52,660 bases of DNA, from positions 1 through 52,660 of the forward strand of contig NOWV01000312.1 in assembly GCA_003344405.1 (NCBI GenBank), given 5' to 3'. Numbering within the stretch: position 1 is the first letter of the stretch; every line of letters begins with the position of its first letter. Source of the DNA: Trichoplax sp. H2 (taxonomy: Eukaryota). The position numbers and the translations under genes were made by a program. Positions 1-11,506 of the stretch are shown piece by piece. The notes beneath the pieces are model-generated. The model saw only the letters and a list, made by a program, of their open reading frames with translations, had not been told where the DNA came from and did not search any database.

Positions 1-3000
1 ATTAATTAATATAAATGAGTTACAAGTTGATACCATAGTCATTTCAATTGTTAATTCTCTAGCTGATTTGGTAGCAATCAAGTCAACACAACATATACCA
101 GACAATAGTATTTATAATAAGTGAATATTTCACATCTTTCATTGGCATTAGAATTTTTTGGAAAGGATTCTTCAGGTCTGTTTTAGTAATTAATAATGCT
201 TAATTAAATAAAGAAATACATGGAAATGCAGCTAAAATGTTAAGTTTCATACATTTGTATTACAGCCATCTTGAAATGATTATTATAAACTTCTGCAATA
301 CCGTGCCGGTCAGACTTAATATTACCAAGTCATTCGAAAGAATATGGCATTAGTTGCAGCACGAATGTCCTTGAATGATAAACTATTAGAAAAATAGTGT
401 AGGCATTAAAAACAATCCATAGTAATTAGCATTATAGTTCCACAATTGCTAAATGAATTATAACCATCCAACAACACAATTCGACATTTGAAAACTTATT
501 TACTGATATGCGATATACTTTGCCGTTCTCTAATAAATGGTGATTGTAATTATATTTGAATTTCAAACTTGAAGATCGTCAGTTAGATAGTCATCCAATT
601 GCTATGTTATAGCAATATTTGAAAAGTGTTAGCTCTTAGAGGCGAATTCAGCTGATCTTGAAGCTGATTTTTACTTTTATCGTATCACTTAGTATAATCA
701 ACATAAAAGATAACTATTAAGGATATGCTGATGTCGCATTTAGACTATTAAATAGAATATTGCTATAATAGGCTACATAAGCATTTCGATGATAATAACC
801 AAGTAGCCGTTAGGATTTCATATCATCTCTGATTTATAATAATCTTTAGCTCATTGATTGATTAGCGGTATAGTCTATGATTTAATATTCCAACCAGTTC
901 AACATTTTACGGCATAACTATGCATCTATTAAATAGTATCTACCAGCCATATCTCTACTAACGTACACGTAAGTAGCTTAATGCGTTTCAGTAAATCAAT
1001 TTATAAACTGTACTGTACAAGGAAATCAAGTCAGCCATATTTATGGTACAATTAGCATAAAGCAATCGCATATTCTGCCGTAGCAATGACACACACCAGA
1101 CATAGAATTGAAACCTCCGTTTCCCCCTACTGTAATAATTATCCGCGATTAATTTATTGGATTTTAATAATGTTTAATCCGCGAAAGAGTTTAATAGTCA
1201 TTTCGAAGTGCTTATTAAACATAGCTTCTGTAAAATATACCTTATCTGCGGTTATACCATTACAAGTTGGCTTTTATACCATGTATGAAAAATTCATAGA
1301 TATAATAGATTGTGCCTATTACATAAATATTAATTTCTTGGGTAGTTTGGCCTGGGCTTACTCTCTTCTACATCACAGTTAACAACTTAAAAGTAGCATC
1401 TCACCCTGACTGCTGAACAGCTATTAATTCACAATATACAATCAATTGCGATATCGAAATATAGAAATCAATAACATTCTTATTCTATTTTTTTGCAAAG
1501 ATATTGTTCAGTAAGATATAATAGAGTCAATAGCTGTCTCAAATTCTAAACGATAATAATTAAGTTGACGCCATCGCTTTTCTTATAAATTATTCTAATG
1601 CAATTTATGCCATCTTGGCCATTTACATGTTTGAAATAAAGGTGATCATTTTTACAATACATCAAAGAAATATCGTGGCAATAAAAGGCTCTAAATGTGG
1701 TTAATAAACTTAGATGATAATAATTTGGTAATATTTAATTAATCCTGTTTTCAGGTGTTTTTTGTTACTGGAAATTGCTGGTTCGTATTTAATTTATTTC
1801 TTAAGTTACAATGGAAATATGTTAAATTCGAAATGATACTTTTATTTCATTTTAATGTCGCTTGATCGAAGTCTAGATATGACTTAAATTAATATCAGTA
1901 TTAAATGGTCTTGGATTAATATCAAACTTCAATAATGAATATCCTCATACTTTTCTTAGGATAAATTAGATGCTATCGTGTACGTATTTTAGTTCTTTAG
2001 TCCTTGCAGCTGCTAAGCAGGGCTTAACTCTTTTTAATTCATGCATAGTTTCTATACTTTAATGTAGTAGTCATGATGTTGATTACCATTTAAGAATGTT
2101 TTCTTGAAGTAGATAATTAATTGGGAGGTATTAAAATTAATGCATATTATTTAATGGCAGTTTTAAGCTGTACCGCAAATAAAGTTCCAATAATATTATC
2201 AATATTTATTCAAGACTAACTATGCAATAAAAATCTTGCTAGTAGTAGTTTATTAATCGTTTTATTTGAATTCTTGCTTAACTTTATTTCTATAGAGAGA
2301 ATTGGGATTGCAGTTATCGATGGAATAACAGTACTTTTGCTGAAAAGATTTTAGACCATAGTAATTTAGATATTATTGTGAATGTATTGGATAACATTTC
2401 GCAATATTTATACGAAGAGTGATAATAATGACGAGAATATAAATTTGTTTTGGTGAGGGTCAACGCTATTTCAATATTGTACTAGTTACGATGACTTAAT
2501 CAACATTTAATTAATCTCAGCATCACTTCTTAGTTCTATATAAATCATGATTATTGATTATTTTAAAGGAAGCTTATTCAACATTTGATGGCAATAAAAT
2601 TTTCAAAGATTTTAGCTTTGGTGTTGTAAATGACTTCAAGAACTAGTTTTTAAAGTTATTTCTGTCAATGTCTTATAGGACTAACTTAGTCGCTATCGTT
2701 TCAGTAAGCTGCAATATAACAGGAAGGAATACGGTAATTATCAAGTCAAATTCATTAGCTGGCATTATTTATTTTTGAAGTCAAAAATTGCTCTTTAGAA
2801 TTAGATGACGTTAATTAACTTGATCAATATTTTGTATTGCAGCTCAGTTTTATTTAAATATAATACGTAAATAGAAAATGTTGAATAGAACATCTCGATC
2901 GGTAGTTACATAAAACGCGAATATCGGAAGTTATTGAAAATTAGACAAACCGTATAAATGATTAATAACTCCATATCCTGGTAGCCAAAGAACTTGCATT

Positions 3001-4023
3001 ACTATTAGCACACTCTTCGTATATGAGATACATTTTCTCGAAGCAGAATGATCCCTATAGTAGCATAAGTACCATCATTATAAAGAATACTTACTGTACT
3101 GCCTGCTTCAATTAAAATATCTCATGATATCAATCAACGACAATAACAAAGAAACAGACTTCCACTTTTCACCTGCTTTAATATCATAATTAACAATATT
3201 TAATGTAGTAATGAAGCACTTTCTAGATTAAATAAACAAATTATAGATTGTTTGTAGATATACAGATGAAATTGAAAATCGAAATATCTATATTACTAAG
3301 TTTAAGTTTTAACTACGCCAATCATATTGAAAGGGAGACGATCGCTAACTGTTGGTATAGAGTTGCTTGCTAGTCATAAACAGTATTACTTTTTAATCTT
3401 TCCAGTTAATTGATAGCGATACCAAAACAGAAAGTGATAGAAAATGATAGAATCATTGTATTAATTAGGATATCAATAGATATGATTGTTTTTATGCTCT
3501 AGATAACGGCAATTGAATAGAATGATTGTTATCGAGCGGTACATGTAATCAATCTTGCTTTTGACTGCATTTATTTTTTACTCTATTTTACTTTTTTCTT
3601 TGTATTTATTTGTAAATTTCTTTCAAGGAAGGTTCATTTATTCTATATGAATATATTGATTTCACTTTTTAAAATAGCGTCCATTACTATTTAAAGTCTA
3701 AGCCATGTTTTCAACAAATTGAGTCATTTTTTTTATTCCATACATTATTGATTTCAATGATAATATCCACTGAATGGTGGGTAAAGATTTGTGGATAGAT
3801 ACCAGTATATTCATTTCTATTATATTCATGTGCATGGAGAGTTAAATACATGCATCGACGTCAACTGTATGCTGTTTATTGTTAAAGTAGTGCCTTGAAA
3901 GTAAATAATTTACAACCGATAAAGTAGTATCCATCATCAAGGAATTCAGTGTTCAACTTAGTCCGACGTTACAGAATCTTTTGATTTTTACTTGGCTTTA
4001 CTTTGTTTGATGCCGATGTAATT

Positions 4024-4869
4024 ATGACCTCAACTTATTTTAAATATAAAAATTCTGAATTACATTATCAAATATGCGGACAAGGACCAACACTGCTATT
4101 TATTCAAGGACTGCTATGGGATAAAAATTTATGGCGATCGCAATGTCAATTTTTATCCAAGTACTATCAATGCGTGGTGGTGGAATTATGGGAGCACGGC
4201 TTATCCGGTCACATACCTGATCATTTGTGCACACTAGAAACATTAGCTGATGATATCTGGCAATTAACACGCCATTTAAAATTAACCAAATTCGCTATTA
4301 TAGGATTTTCAGTTGGTGGAACTATCGGTGTTCACTTAGCACTAACGCATCCCAGTTCAGTTATGGCTATCATGCTCCTCAACACTCCGTTATCAGAAGA
4401 GCCAGCTAAAGGGAAACAGCTATACGATGATTTAATGACTAATGTTCAAAAAATGGGAAAGTTATCGCACGAAACCATTAACGGTATCGTTGAGAATTGC
4501 TTGAGTTTAAAGACAAAAGAAAATCATCCTCTCATCACTCAGCAAATACGAAAACATTTAGAATCGATACCAACATCCAATATTAAAGGAATTTTTACAA
4601 TATGTCGCGCCGTTATTGATCGTAAATCCATTCTGGAACGAATCTACAATATGGATATTCCAATACAAATTTTGGTTGGTCAAGAAGAGAATCCATTAAT
4701 TTTGAAAGAGATACAAAAAATTCAACATAAATTTAAGAACGGTCACGTTGTTGTAATCCCTGGTAGTGCTCATCTGTCTATGATAGAACAACCCGATATT
4801 GTATGTAAGGTGCTAATGAAACATCTTAATAAATATCTATTTGAGACTATATTCAGTGATTCAGATTAA
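4024..4869 (+). CDS. Intronless alpha/beta-fold hydrolase of bacterial type (PcaD/MenH-like superfamily); first ATG at 4024, whereas the ORF track starts at TTG 4003
   Basis: 281-aa ORF. It has LHYQICGQGPTLLFIQG, ELWEHGLS (cf. DLxGHGxS), the nucleophile elbow GFSVG, LVGQEE (acid position) and IPGSAHLSMIEQP (catalytic His). Confidence 0.9.
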   Translation: MTSTYFKYKNSELHYQICGQGPTLLFIQGLLWDKNLWRSQCQFLSKYYQCVVVELWEHGLSGHIPDHLCTLETLADDIWQLTRHLKLTKFAIIGFSVGGTIGVHLALTHPSSVMAIMLLNTPLSEEPAKGKQLYDDLMTNVQKMGKLSHETINGIVENCLSLKTKENHPLITQQIRKHLESIPTSNIKGIFTICRAVIDRKSILERIYNMDIPIQILVGQEENPLILKEIQKIQHKFKNGHVVVIPGSAHLSMIEQPDIVCKVLMKHLNKYLFETIFSDSD

Positions 4870-5958
4870 AAGAAAAGTTTATTATTTTAGAATTAATTAA
4901 AAAAAAATACGGCCATAACTTGGACACTAAGTATTCATTTGAACTATAGATGTGCTATTGTGATACGTAATTGAATCGTTTCCTCAAGTCTATCAATTAT
5001 TACTGTCTAATCATTCAGTTTTATTGCTACTAAACTATTTAAAAATATACAACAGATAGATATATCATAATATATTATACTATCGGTATTGATGACAAAA
5101 CCTAATTACTACTGTTGATATTGATTTTGAATGTTGAGCTTTTAAAAAACACTGCTAGAATCTAATAAGTAGAGGAGTTGTTGGTAATTTTTATCTTAAC
5201 ATAGTCTCAATGAACGTGTCTTCCGTTATATTACTCAGCTATAGTTAGCTTGTTACTCCTTGAATCACTTATTGCTCTCTCTCTCTTTCTGTATATAACT
5301 ACTGTATCCATCATTACTACAATGATATCCGTAGTAATAACGCGATTGGTCATTCTCGATCATCGTGACATGTGAATGAGCACTAAAGATACACAACTAG
5401 CATCTTTAAATATCGCCATAACTGTTATCATAATTTTTACGGTATAACAATGCTCTTATTAGTATAGGATAAAACAGAAATCAATAAAATTGTATGTGAA
5501 ACGCGACGACAAGCGAGTTCTAACTGCAAATAAGCAATCAATGATATCATAAAATGGCGTAGAATATAACAGTCGATATTTGGTTGTTTTCAAATCAGCC
5601 ATTGTTTTATTTTTCAATTTAAACAGTTGATAAAAAATTCTGCAAATTTCATTATGATTACTACACAAAAGCCTACTAGAGATTAAGAGAAGCTATGCAA
5701 GTGTAGTCCTTACATAGGTACGAGTATATATACAATCGAGCAACATCCATAACCAGTCATCGATAGAGTATCAAATTTGCTAGGAACAAAATCGTTATAT
5801 CCTTTTTTCCACAACTACTTATAAAGCACGGAAAATCCAGTCAATAAATTAATCTTCGAATACATTCGTCTTTCACATCGAACCAATGCAGTAAAAATTT
5901 ACTTTCATTTGATTTTCAATTGATTACACGTGAAATAGTAGATTGTCCAAATTGTAAA

Positions 5959-8674
5959 CTACCAGTGGATGTTTTGAGATGGTTTATCATCATTTAATAT
6001 TTGTAATTGGGCTAATTTCTGCAAAATAATACGGAAAAAAAGAGCTCATTAAGTCATTACTTTATATCCTGGACCACAAACAGAGGATGATTAGTTGTAA
6101 TAAAAAGCCCCCAAAATTCAACTACAATTTTACCTCCAATACAATCTTAATATTGGCTTTGATTTTAGATGCTTCCACTGTTAATTTTTGATTTATCCTA
6201 CATAAGGTAGATTCTATAATTAATACGCTGTATATGATACCAATATGCATCAGTTCTTTCCCAAGTATTGTCATCATTTATGTTATAGCCAGTAATTGAT
6301 GATAAAGATAACGATATCAATTTTACAATTGCATAATTATTTTCGAAAGCAGTATTTTTAATTCCTTTAAGGCGCTCCTGTAGTATATATTGTACTGATA
6401 TCGTATAATAGCTAGTAGCTGATATCCATTATGGTGCATATCTGCTACTACAATCTACTACAGTGATCTATTTTATTACTTTATGACAAACACGGCTTGC
6501 TAAATGAAAAATTGTTAGGTAAGGAAAGTTTTATCTTACTCAGTTAAGTGGGCGATTTTTTTACCCATAAATTTTATAGCTTCGTCTAAAGTTAGTTCGA
6601 GGTAGAAGCCAAAACCCACGGACACGAAGATTTTTGATGTATCGTTGCTACAGCGAAAATAGTTTGGATTAGTTCTCTTAAGGGAAGGAATTTTGCTTTT
6701 AAAAATGACTAAGGCAAATTACTGCATGTTCAAAATTGTAGTTTTATAATTACGAGTACAGTATCAATTAATGTAGTGGAGAATATGTACTTTACTCCAA
6801 TTCTATCCTCACAGTTTGCATACTTGCTATTGGATGTTGATAAGTAAGAGTTGAAAAGCAAGCAATAATTATAATAGAACGACTCTTTTATCGCTAGCTA
6901 TCAAAGTATTGATGAACACATTCAGTTTCTGGACATGAAGAGATTCCATTTTTCGACTAACTTTTTATAAGCTACTAGAGTAAGACTACACCATTAAGAT
7001 CCTTTCATTCTTTCCTGATTGAGTATTACATGACACTATTCTATAGCATTCATTTTGTAGTTGAAGGTGAATCATGCAAGCTATCTACTGTACGAACTTT
7101 GATTATTTTTATAATGTCAAAATAAGAAAGTCAATGACTTACACATTAGCTTGGACATAAAAATTGCATCCTAAATCAACCTTGCTGCGTAGCGTTTTGC
7201 CATCTTCACCTAATAACTAGCAAGTAAACTTATGGTCAAGGGTTGGTTAAAACATTCGGTTGAGACATAGTGGATATTTCCTGTACATAAACGTTTCCTG
7301 AGCGTCAGTATCGACTGCAAAGAAAAATGGAACTGGCAAGATGATCTTTGCAGTCCATTGAATCGACGTCAATCATTTGTAATGTACCTGTAAATTTTCA
7401 ATACTTTGACGCAATTTCAGATAGTTTGCGATTTGTTGGCAGACAGATTCCCGACGCTCGTTGACCAAGCTAATGAAATTGAGAGATGACAATCATTCAT
7501 TCATCGATGGAATAAAGGCACAGAAGAGAACATGTCGTTTATTTATTTTGTCAAACATTTGGTACATTTTTAATCCTACTGTATTTATTGTTGACATTCA
7601 TTTTTGAGCAGTATCGCCAAAAGGAGTAACCTATTGAATTTAGCGTTGTTGTAAGAATTCTATAACTTGCACTTTTATCATGATGTGCAATAACGAGTGT
7701 TGCAAGTGTATTGTCATTGCATTCAATCAGTCTAGCCATGACAGCTGTTAAATCACCTTTAGCATGGACACCATCTTTAGTCTAACTAACTACCTTGGGC
7801 TTAATCAAGTCAGTACTGTAGAAGGAGCATTACTGATCAACTTTGAATGCCGTCTACCATGAGCACTATCAATCATCTAGGCCATGATCTCGTGTAGCCC
7901 ATGGCAATCAACACTGCAAGCTCAATTCAACAACACCATGACCATGGAGAGAGTGTGGAACACTAGGCAAAACAAGAACTTGTTCCATTTCTCTCCTATA
8001 CTGCAATGAGCGAAATCATCCAATCTGCATTGCGTTGCATTCTTGACTACGACACAGGAAGTGAATCCTTGTGCTATGTTGATATCAGCAGAAGATTTCT
8101 ATGATTATCGTAGCAGGAAGTAGTATCGGCCTTGGAGAAGCCATGATTGAACGAGTATGGTTGAAAGTGTCAATCACCATGAATAGCTAGCTCATCTACA
8201 GTAATAATAATAAGCCTTGGATCAAATGATGTTTGGGATGTTGTTGAATATTGCTTGTCGTTACGTTCGTTGGTGTTTTCAACAGACTAGTAGCAATCAA
8301 TGGCATACGAATACTTGGTTATGGCCGTCCATGTTTGGAAGTTATTGAATATTGCTTGTCGTAACGTTCGTTGGTGTTTTCAACTGACTAGTAGCAATAA
8401 ATGATATACGAATACTTGGTTATGACCATCCCTGTTTGGATGTTGTTGAATATTACTTGTCGTTGCGTTCGTTGGTATTTTCAATGGACTATTAGCAATG
8501 AATGATATACGAATATTTGGTCGTGACCGTCCATAGCTTTATGGATGCCTATGGACTGGCACTGATGATGGATCGTTTGGATAACATCAATGGAGTCGAT
8601 GGTGATTGAACTTACGCTAAATCGCCTTTTAATTTCTCATTAATAAATTGCTCAAATTTGGTCAGCTTGTCCAT
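5959..8674 (-). CDS. UXT: UXT, alpha-type prefoldin-like protein; 6 exons at approx. 8674-8616, 7469-7388, 7217-7143, 6647-6540, 6197-6135, 6018-5959
   Basis: Manual splicing over GT-AG introns gives [19 protein letters not shown] / [27 protein letters not shown] / ..[23 protein letters not shown] / [35 protein letters not shown] / [21 protein letters not shown] / [30 protein letters not shown] and [18 protein letters not shown] are UXT hallmarks. Confidence 0.92.
8231..8533. repeat. Three tandem ~101-bp units in UXT intron 1 (repeated at 10885-11154)
   Basis: The unit GTTTGGATGTTGTTGAATATTGCTTGTCGTxxCGTTCGTTGGTGTTTTCAAC...CGAATACTTGGTTATGxCCxTCC starts at ~8231, ~8333 and ~8433. Confidence 0.9.
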
Positions 8675-8879
8675 GGATAAACATGGAGGGGATCCTTTGT
8701 TAACAGTCCTAATACACACACAAGATGAAGTTGGAATGGAATCGCTTTGCCTTTGCAAATTCTCGATCGCAGGAAAGGGAAACTGCACGATGTGGATTGC
8801 TCCTCCTCTGCCTTCCACCCACAACACCATCTCGATTAGCAGACAACCCGACCCATCTTGACTCGCTCCAGCTGTCACT

Positions 8880-10390
8880 TAGTACTGTACCAGTAGAGTA
8901 TACTGTACTGTAGTGTATGGATTGTAGTGTACCGTACAGTAGACCTGGGCAAATCGACACTGAACATCTCTAGTTCAGTAGACCGTGGGTTTGGAATGAG
9001 AAGTCTGTCCATCGGTCTACCACAGTACGTTGTGCTGTACAGTGTCCACTAGGTCCTGACCTTTATACTGTACACTGTACAGTACTGTCCAGTATCGTAC
9101 TACAGTCCAAACCATGACTGTACAATGTGCTGTACTGTACATCCAGGAGCAGATACTATAGGCCAAATTGCATGCGCAAGCGCACTTGTATTACAAATCC
9201 TTTTAGCAAGACCGATTGGACTAGAAGCACGCTGCGCACAGTGATGAATTCTTGGTCACCATTGCAGTCATCAACACACAACGATGAGTGCAGTGTAGAG
9301 TACAGTACAGTATAAAAGACCGCCGGGTGTACCATACTGTACAACTTTGCAGCTTGGGGCCAGTACTGTACAGTACAGTATGACTCATTTTGATATTCTG
9401 TTCAACGCGCACGCTCACGATCAAAAGGGGCGAGACTGAGTGGTGAGAATTTTCCACTGTCATCATCCAAGTTCTTCCACGTGATCTACAGTACGCTGTA
9501 CTGTAAGGCTGTCGTACTGTACTGTACTGTACACTGTTTGAATATTGATCAAATGGTGCAAAAAGTAATGCAAACGCTAGTGCATTAGTTGAAGATTTCC
9601 AATTTGTAGTTCAATTTCTGTTTTATATAGGAAAGCATAGAATTGTACAGTAGTAGATGCTCAATCAGGCCCAAACTAGATAAGTTCTCTATTTGGTTGT
9701 AGCCTCAGAACTCAGGAATGCCAATTTGGTACAGTACAGTACTGTACTGTACAGCAAGTCCAACCTGCGTATAGTACAGTACTGGAGAGTCCAATTTCTC
9801 CATAGCAAAGCTGCTGTACTGTACTGTACTGTACTGTACTGTACACTGTAGGCAAACATTGGGACCAGGGTGCTTTCCTGTACTGTACTGTACAGCACTG
9901 CACTTGGCATTTGGCACTTTGGGACCAGGGTGATTTCCTGTACTGTACAGTACTGTACAGTGTACAGTGTACAGTACTGTAACTGCCCTTGGCAGTTGGC
10001 AAATTCTTTCAATGGAAGTGAACTGAAGAAAGACCTGATCTCTCTTTGGACGGACAGACACGTCGACTGGATCGCATGGCAAAGACGGTCGATTTTGAAT
10101 GGGCACATTTTTTCTACACCAAGTAATATTACGTTCAATCTTCCGTTACTAAGTTGTGCTTGAAAACAGTAATACAAGATTGTCGATGTCATTTCAATAA
10201 GTACTCGTGATTGAGAAGACCGACGCGGAAGACCCATCTTCACCAGCTACTTTTGCATATTGACGGCCTGATAGGGAAAGAAAAGTCCGTCTGTCTAGTG
10301 CCTGACAGTACAGTACAGTGTACTGTACATTTCAGTGTACAGTCCATCTACTGTCGGGTGTGTACTGTACTGTGTACACTGTGTACTGTC
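8880..10390. repeat. Interspersed GTAC(A/T) (ACAGT/ACTGT) pentamer-rich block in the UXT-PLK divergent intergenic region, copy 1
   Basis: Dozens of short runs separated by unique, relatively GC-rich sequence, e.g. CTGTACTGTACTGTACTGTACTGTACTGTAC (~9814-9844) and GTACTGTACAGTACTGTACAGTGTACAGTGTACAGTAC (~9940-9977). Confidence 0.92.
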
Positions 10391-10769
10391 CAATCCAATC
10401 AATACAAGGTGGCGTCGCTGGCGGACGTCATCATCCAATCGCATTTCAGTTCAACCCACGTGATCACTCGCCTGGGACCGTTAGGACTCTTGACGCAAGC
10501 GTCAATTTCAACCAATCACCGTTGAAGAGGTGAATTTAAAAGCCGTTGATGGCCAGCAACCTCAGCGGATCAACAGTAGCTGGACTGTCCAATTTAAACC
10601 GACCAATATCGCCGTTTCTCTCTCATTCCAGCAAACTGCAAGTAGTGGTGGCGTCCGGGGTGAAGATTGCAAACAAGGAGGAAAAAAAACAAGAAAGTCC
10701 ATTAACTTGAACTCCTATTTCTTAGTGATAGAACTTTCAACAGTATTCTACAAGTACTTGGTGTTAATC

Positions 10770-10856
10770 ATGTCGTCTAAAATGGATGATTCCAAAGACA
10801 TTATTACGGTGCCGTCAACCGGCCAACGTTTCAGGAAAGGAGAATTCCTGGGCAAG
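10770..10856 (+). other. Second copy of polo-like kinase exon 1, cut off by the assembly gap (probably allelic)
   Basis: [29 protein letters not shown] followed by a GTAATG donor. It matches 13417-13503 apart from an M/T change at residue 5. The N gap follows at 10865-10884. Confidence 0.85.
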
Positions 10857-11236
10857 GTAATGCTNNNNNNNNNNNNNNNNNNNNCGTTCGTTGGTGTTTT
10901 CAACAGACTAGTAGCAATCAATGGCATACGAATACTTGGTTATTGCCGTCCATGTTTGGATGTTATTAAATATTGCTTGTCGTAACGTTCGTTGGTGTTT
11001 TCAACAGACTAGTAGCAATAAATGATATACGAATACTTGGTGATGACCATCCCTATTTGGATGTTGTTGAATATTGCTTGTCGTTGCGTTCGTTGGTATT
11101 TTCAACGGGCTATTAGCAATGAATGATATACGAATACTTGATTATGGCCGTCCATAGCTTTATGGATGCCTATGGACTGGCACTGATGATGGATCGTTTG
11201 GATAACATCGATGGAGTCGATGGTGATTGAACTTAC

Positions 11237-11295
11237 GTTAAATCGCCTTTTAATTTCTCATTAATAAATTGCTCAAATTTGGTCAGCTTGTCCAT
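11237..11295 (-). other. Second copy of UXT exon 1 (probably allelic)
   Basis: [19 protein letters not shown] plus a GTAAG donor; one substitution relative to 8616-8674. Confidence 0.85.
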
Positions 11296-11506
11296 GGATA
11301 AACATGGAGGGAATCCTCCTTTGTTAACAGTCCTAATACACACACACAAGAGGAAGTTGGAATGGAATCGCTTTGCCTTTGCAAATTCTCGATCGCAGGA
11401 AAAGGGAAACTGGACGATGTGGATTGCTCCTACTCTGCCTTCCACCCACAACACCATCTCGATTAGCAGACTACCCGACCCATCTTGACTCGCTCCAGCT
11501 GGCACT

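Noticed and set aside
330..332. In-frame TGA as selenocysteine
   Set aside because: There is no redox-motif context or recognisable selenoprotein family, the neighbouring exon-like segment also has stops, and no SECIS can be assessed. A nonsense mutation is simpler.
1086..1382. 98-aa ORF
   Set aside because: Composition is typical of random AT-rich sequence, with no motif or convincing splice context.
8231..8533. CRISPR-like appearance of the regularly spaced repeats
   Set aside because: The whole ~101-bp unit repeats with no unique spacers. The context is a eukaryotic intron and no cas genes are present.
9689..10243. 184-aa minus-strand ORF (and 12455-12841) as a transposase or real gene
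   Set aside because: No recognisable domain, many non-synonymous differences between copies, and a C-terminal half that is pentamer-derived. An ancient coding origin of the backbone cannot be excluded without a profile search.
8880..10390. Pentamer arrays as interstitial telomeric repeats
   Set aside because: They are not TTAGGG-like, have no G-rich strand, and occur in mixed orientation as short interspersed runs.
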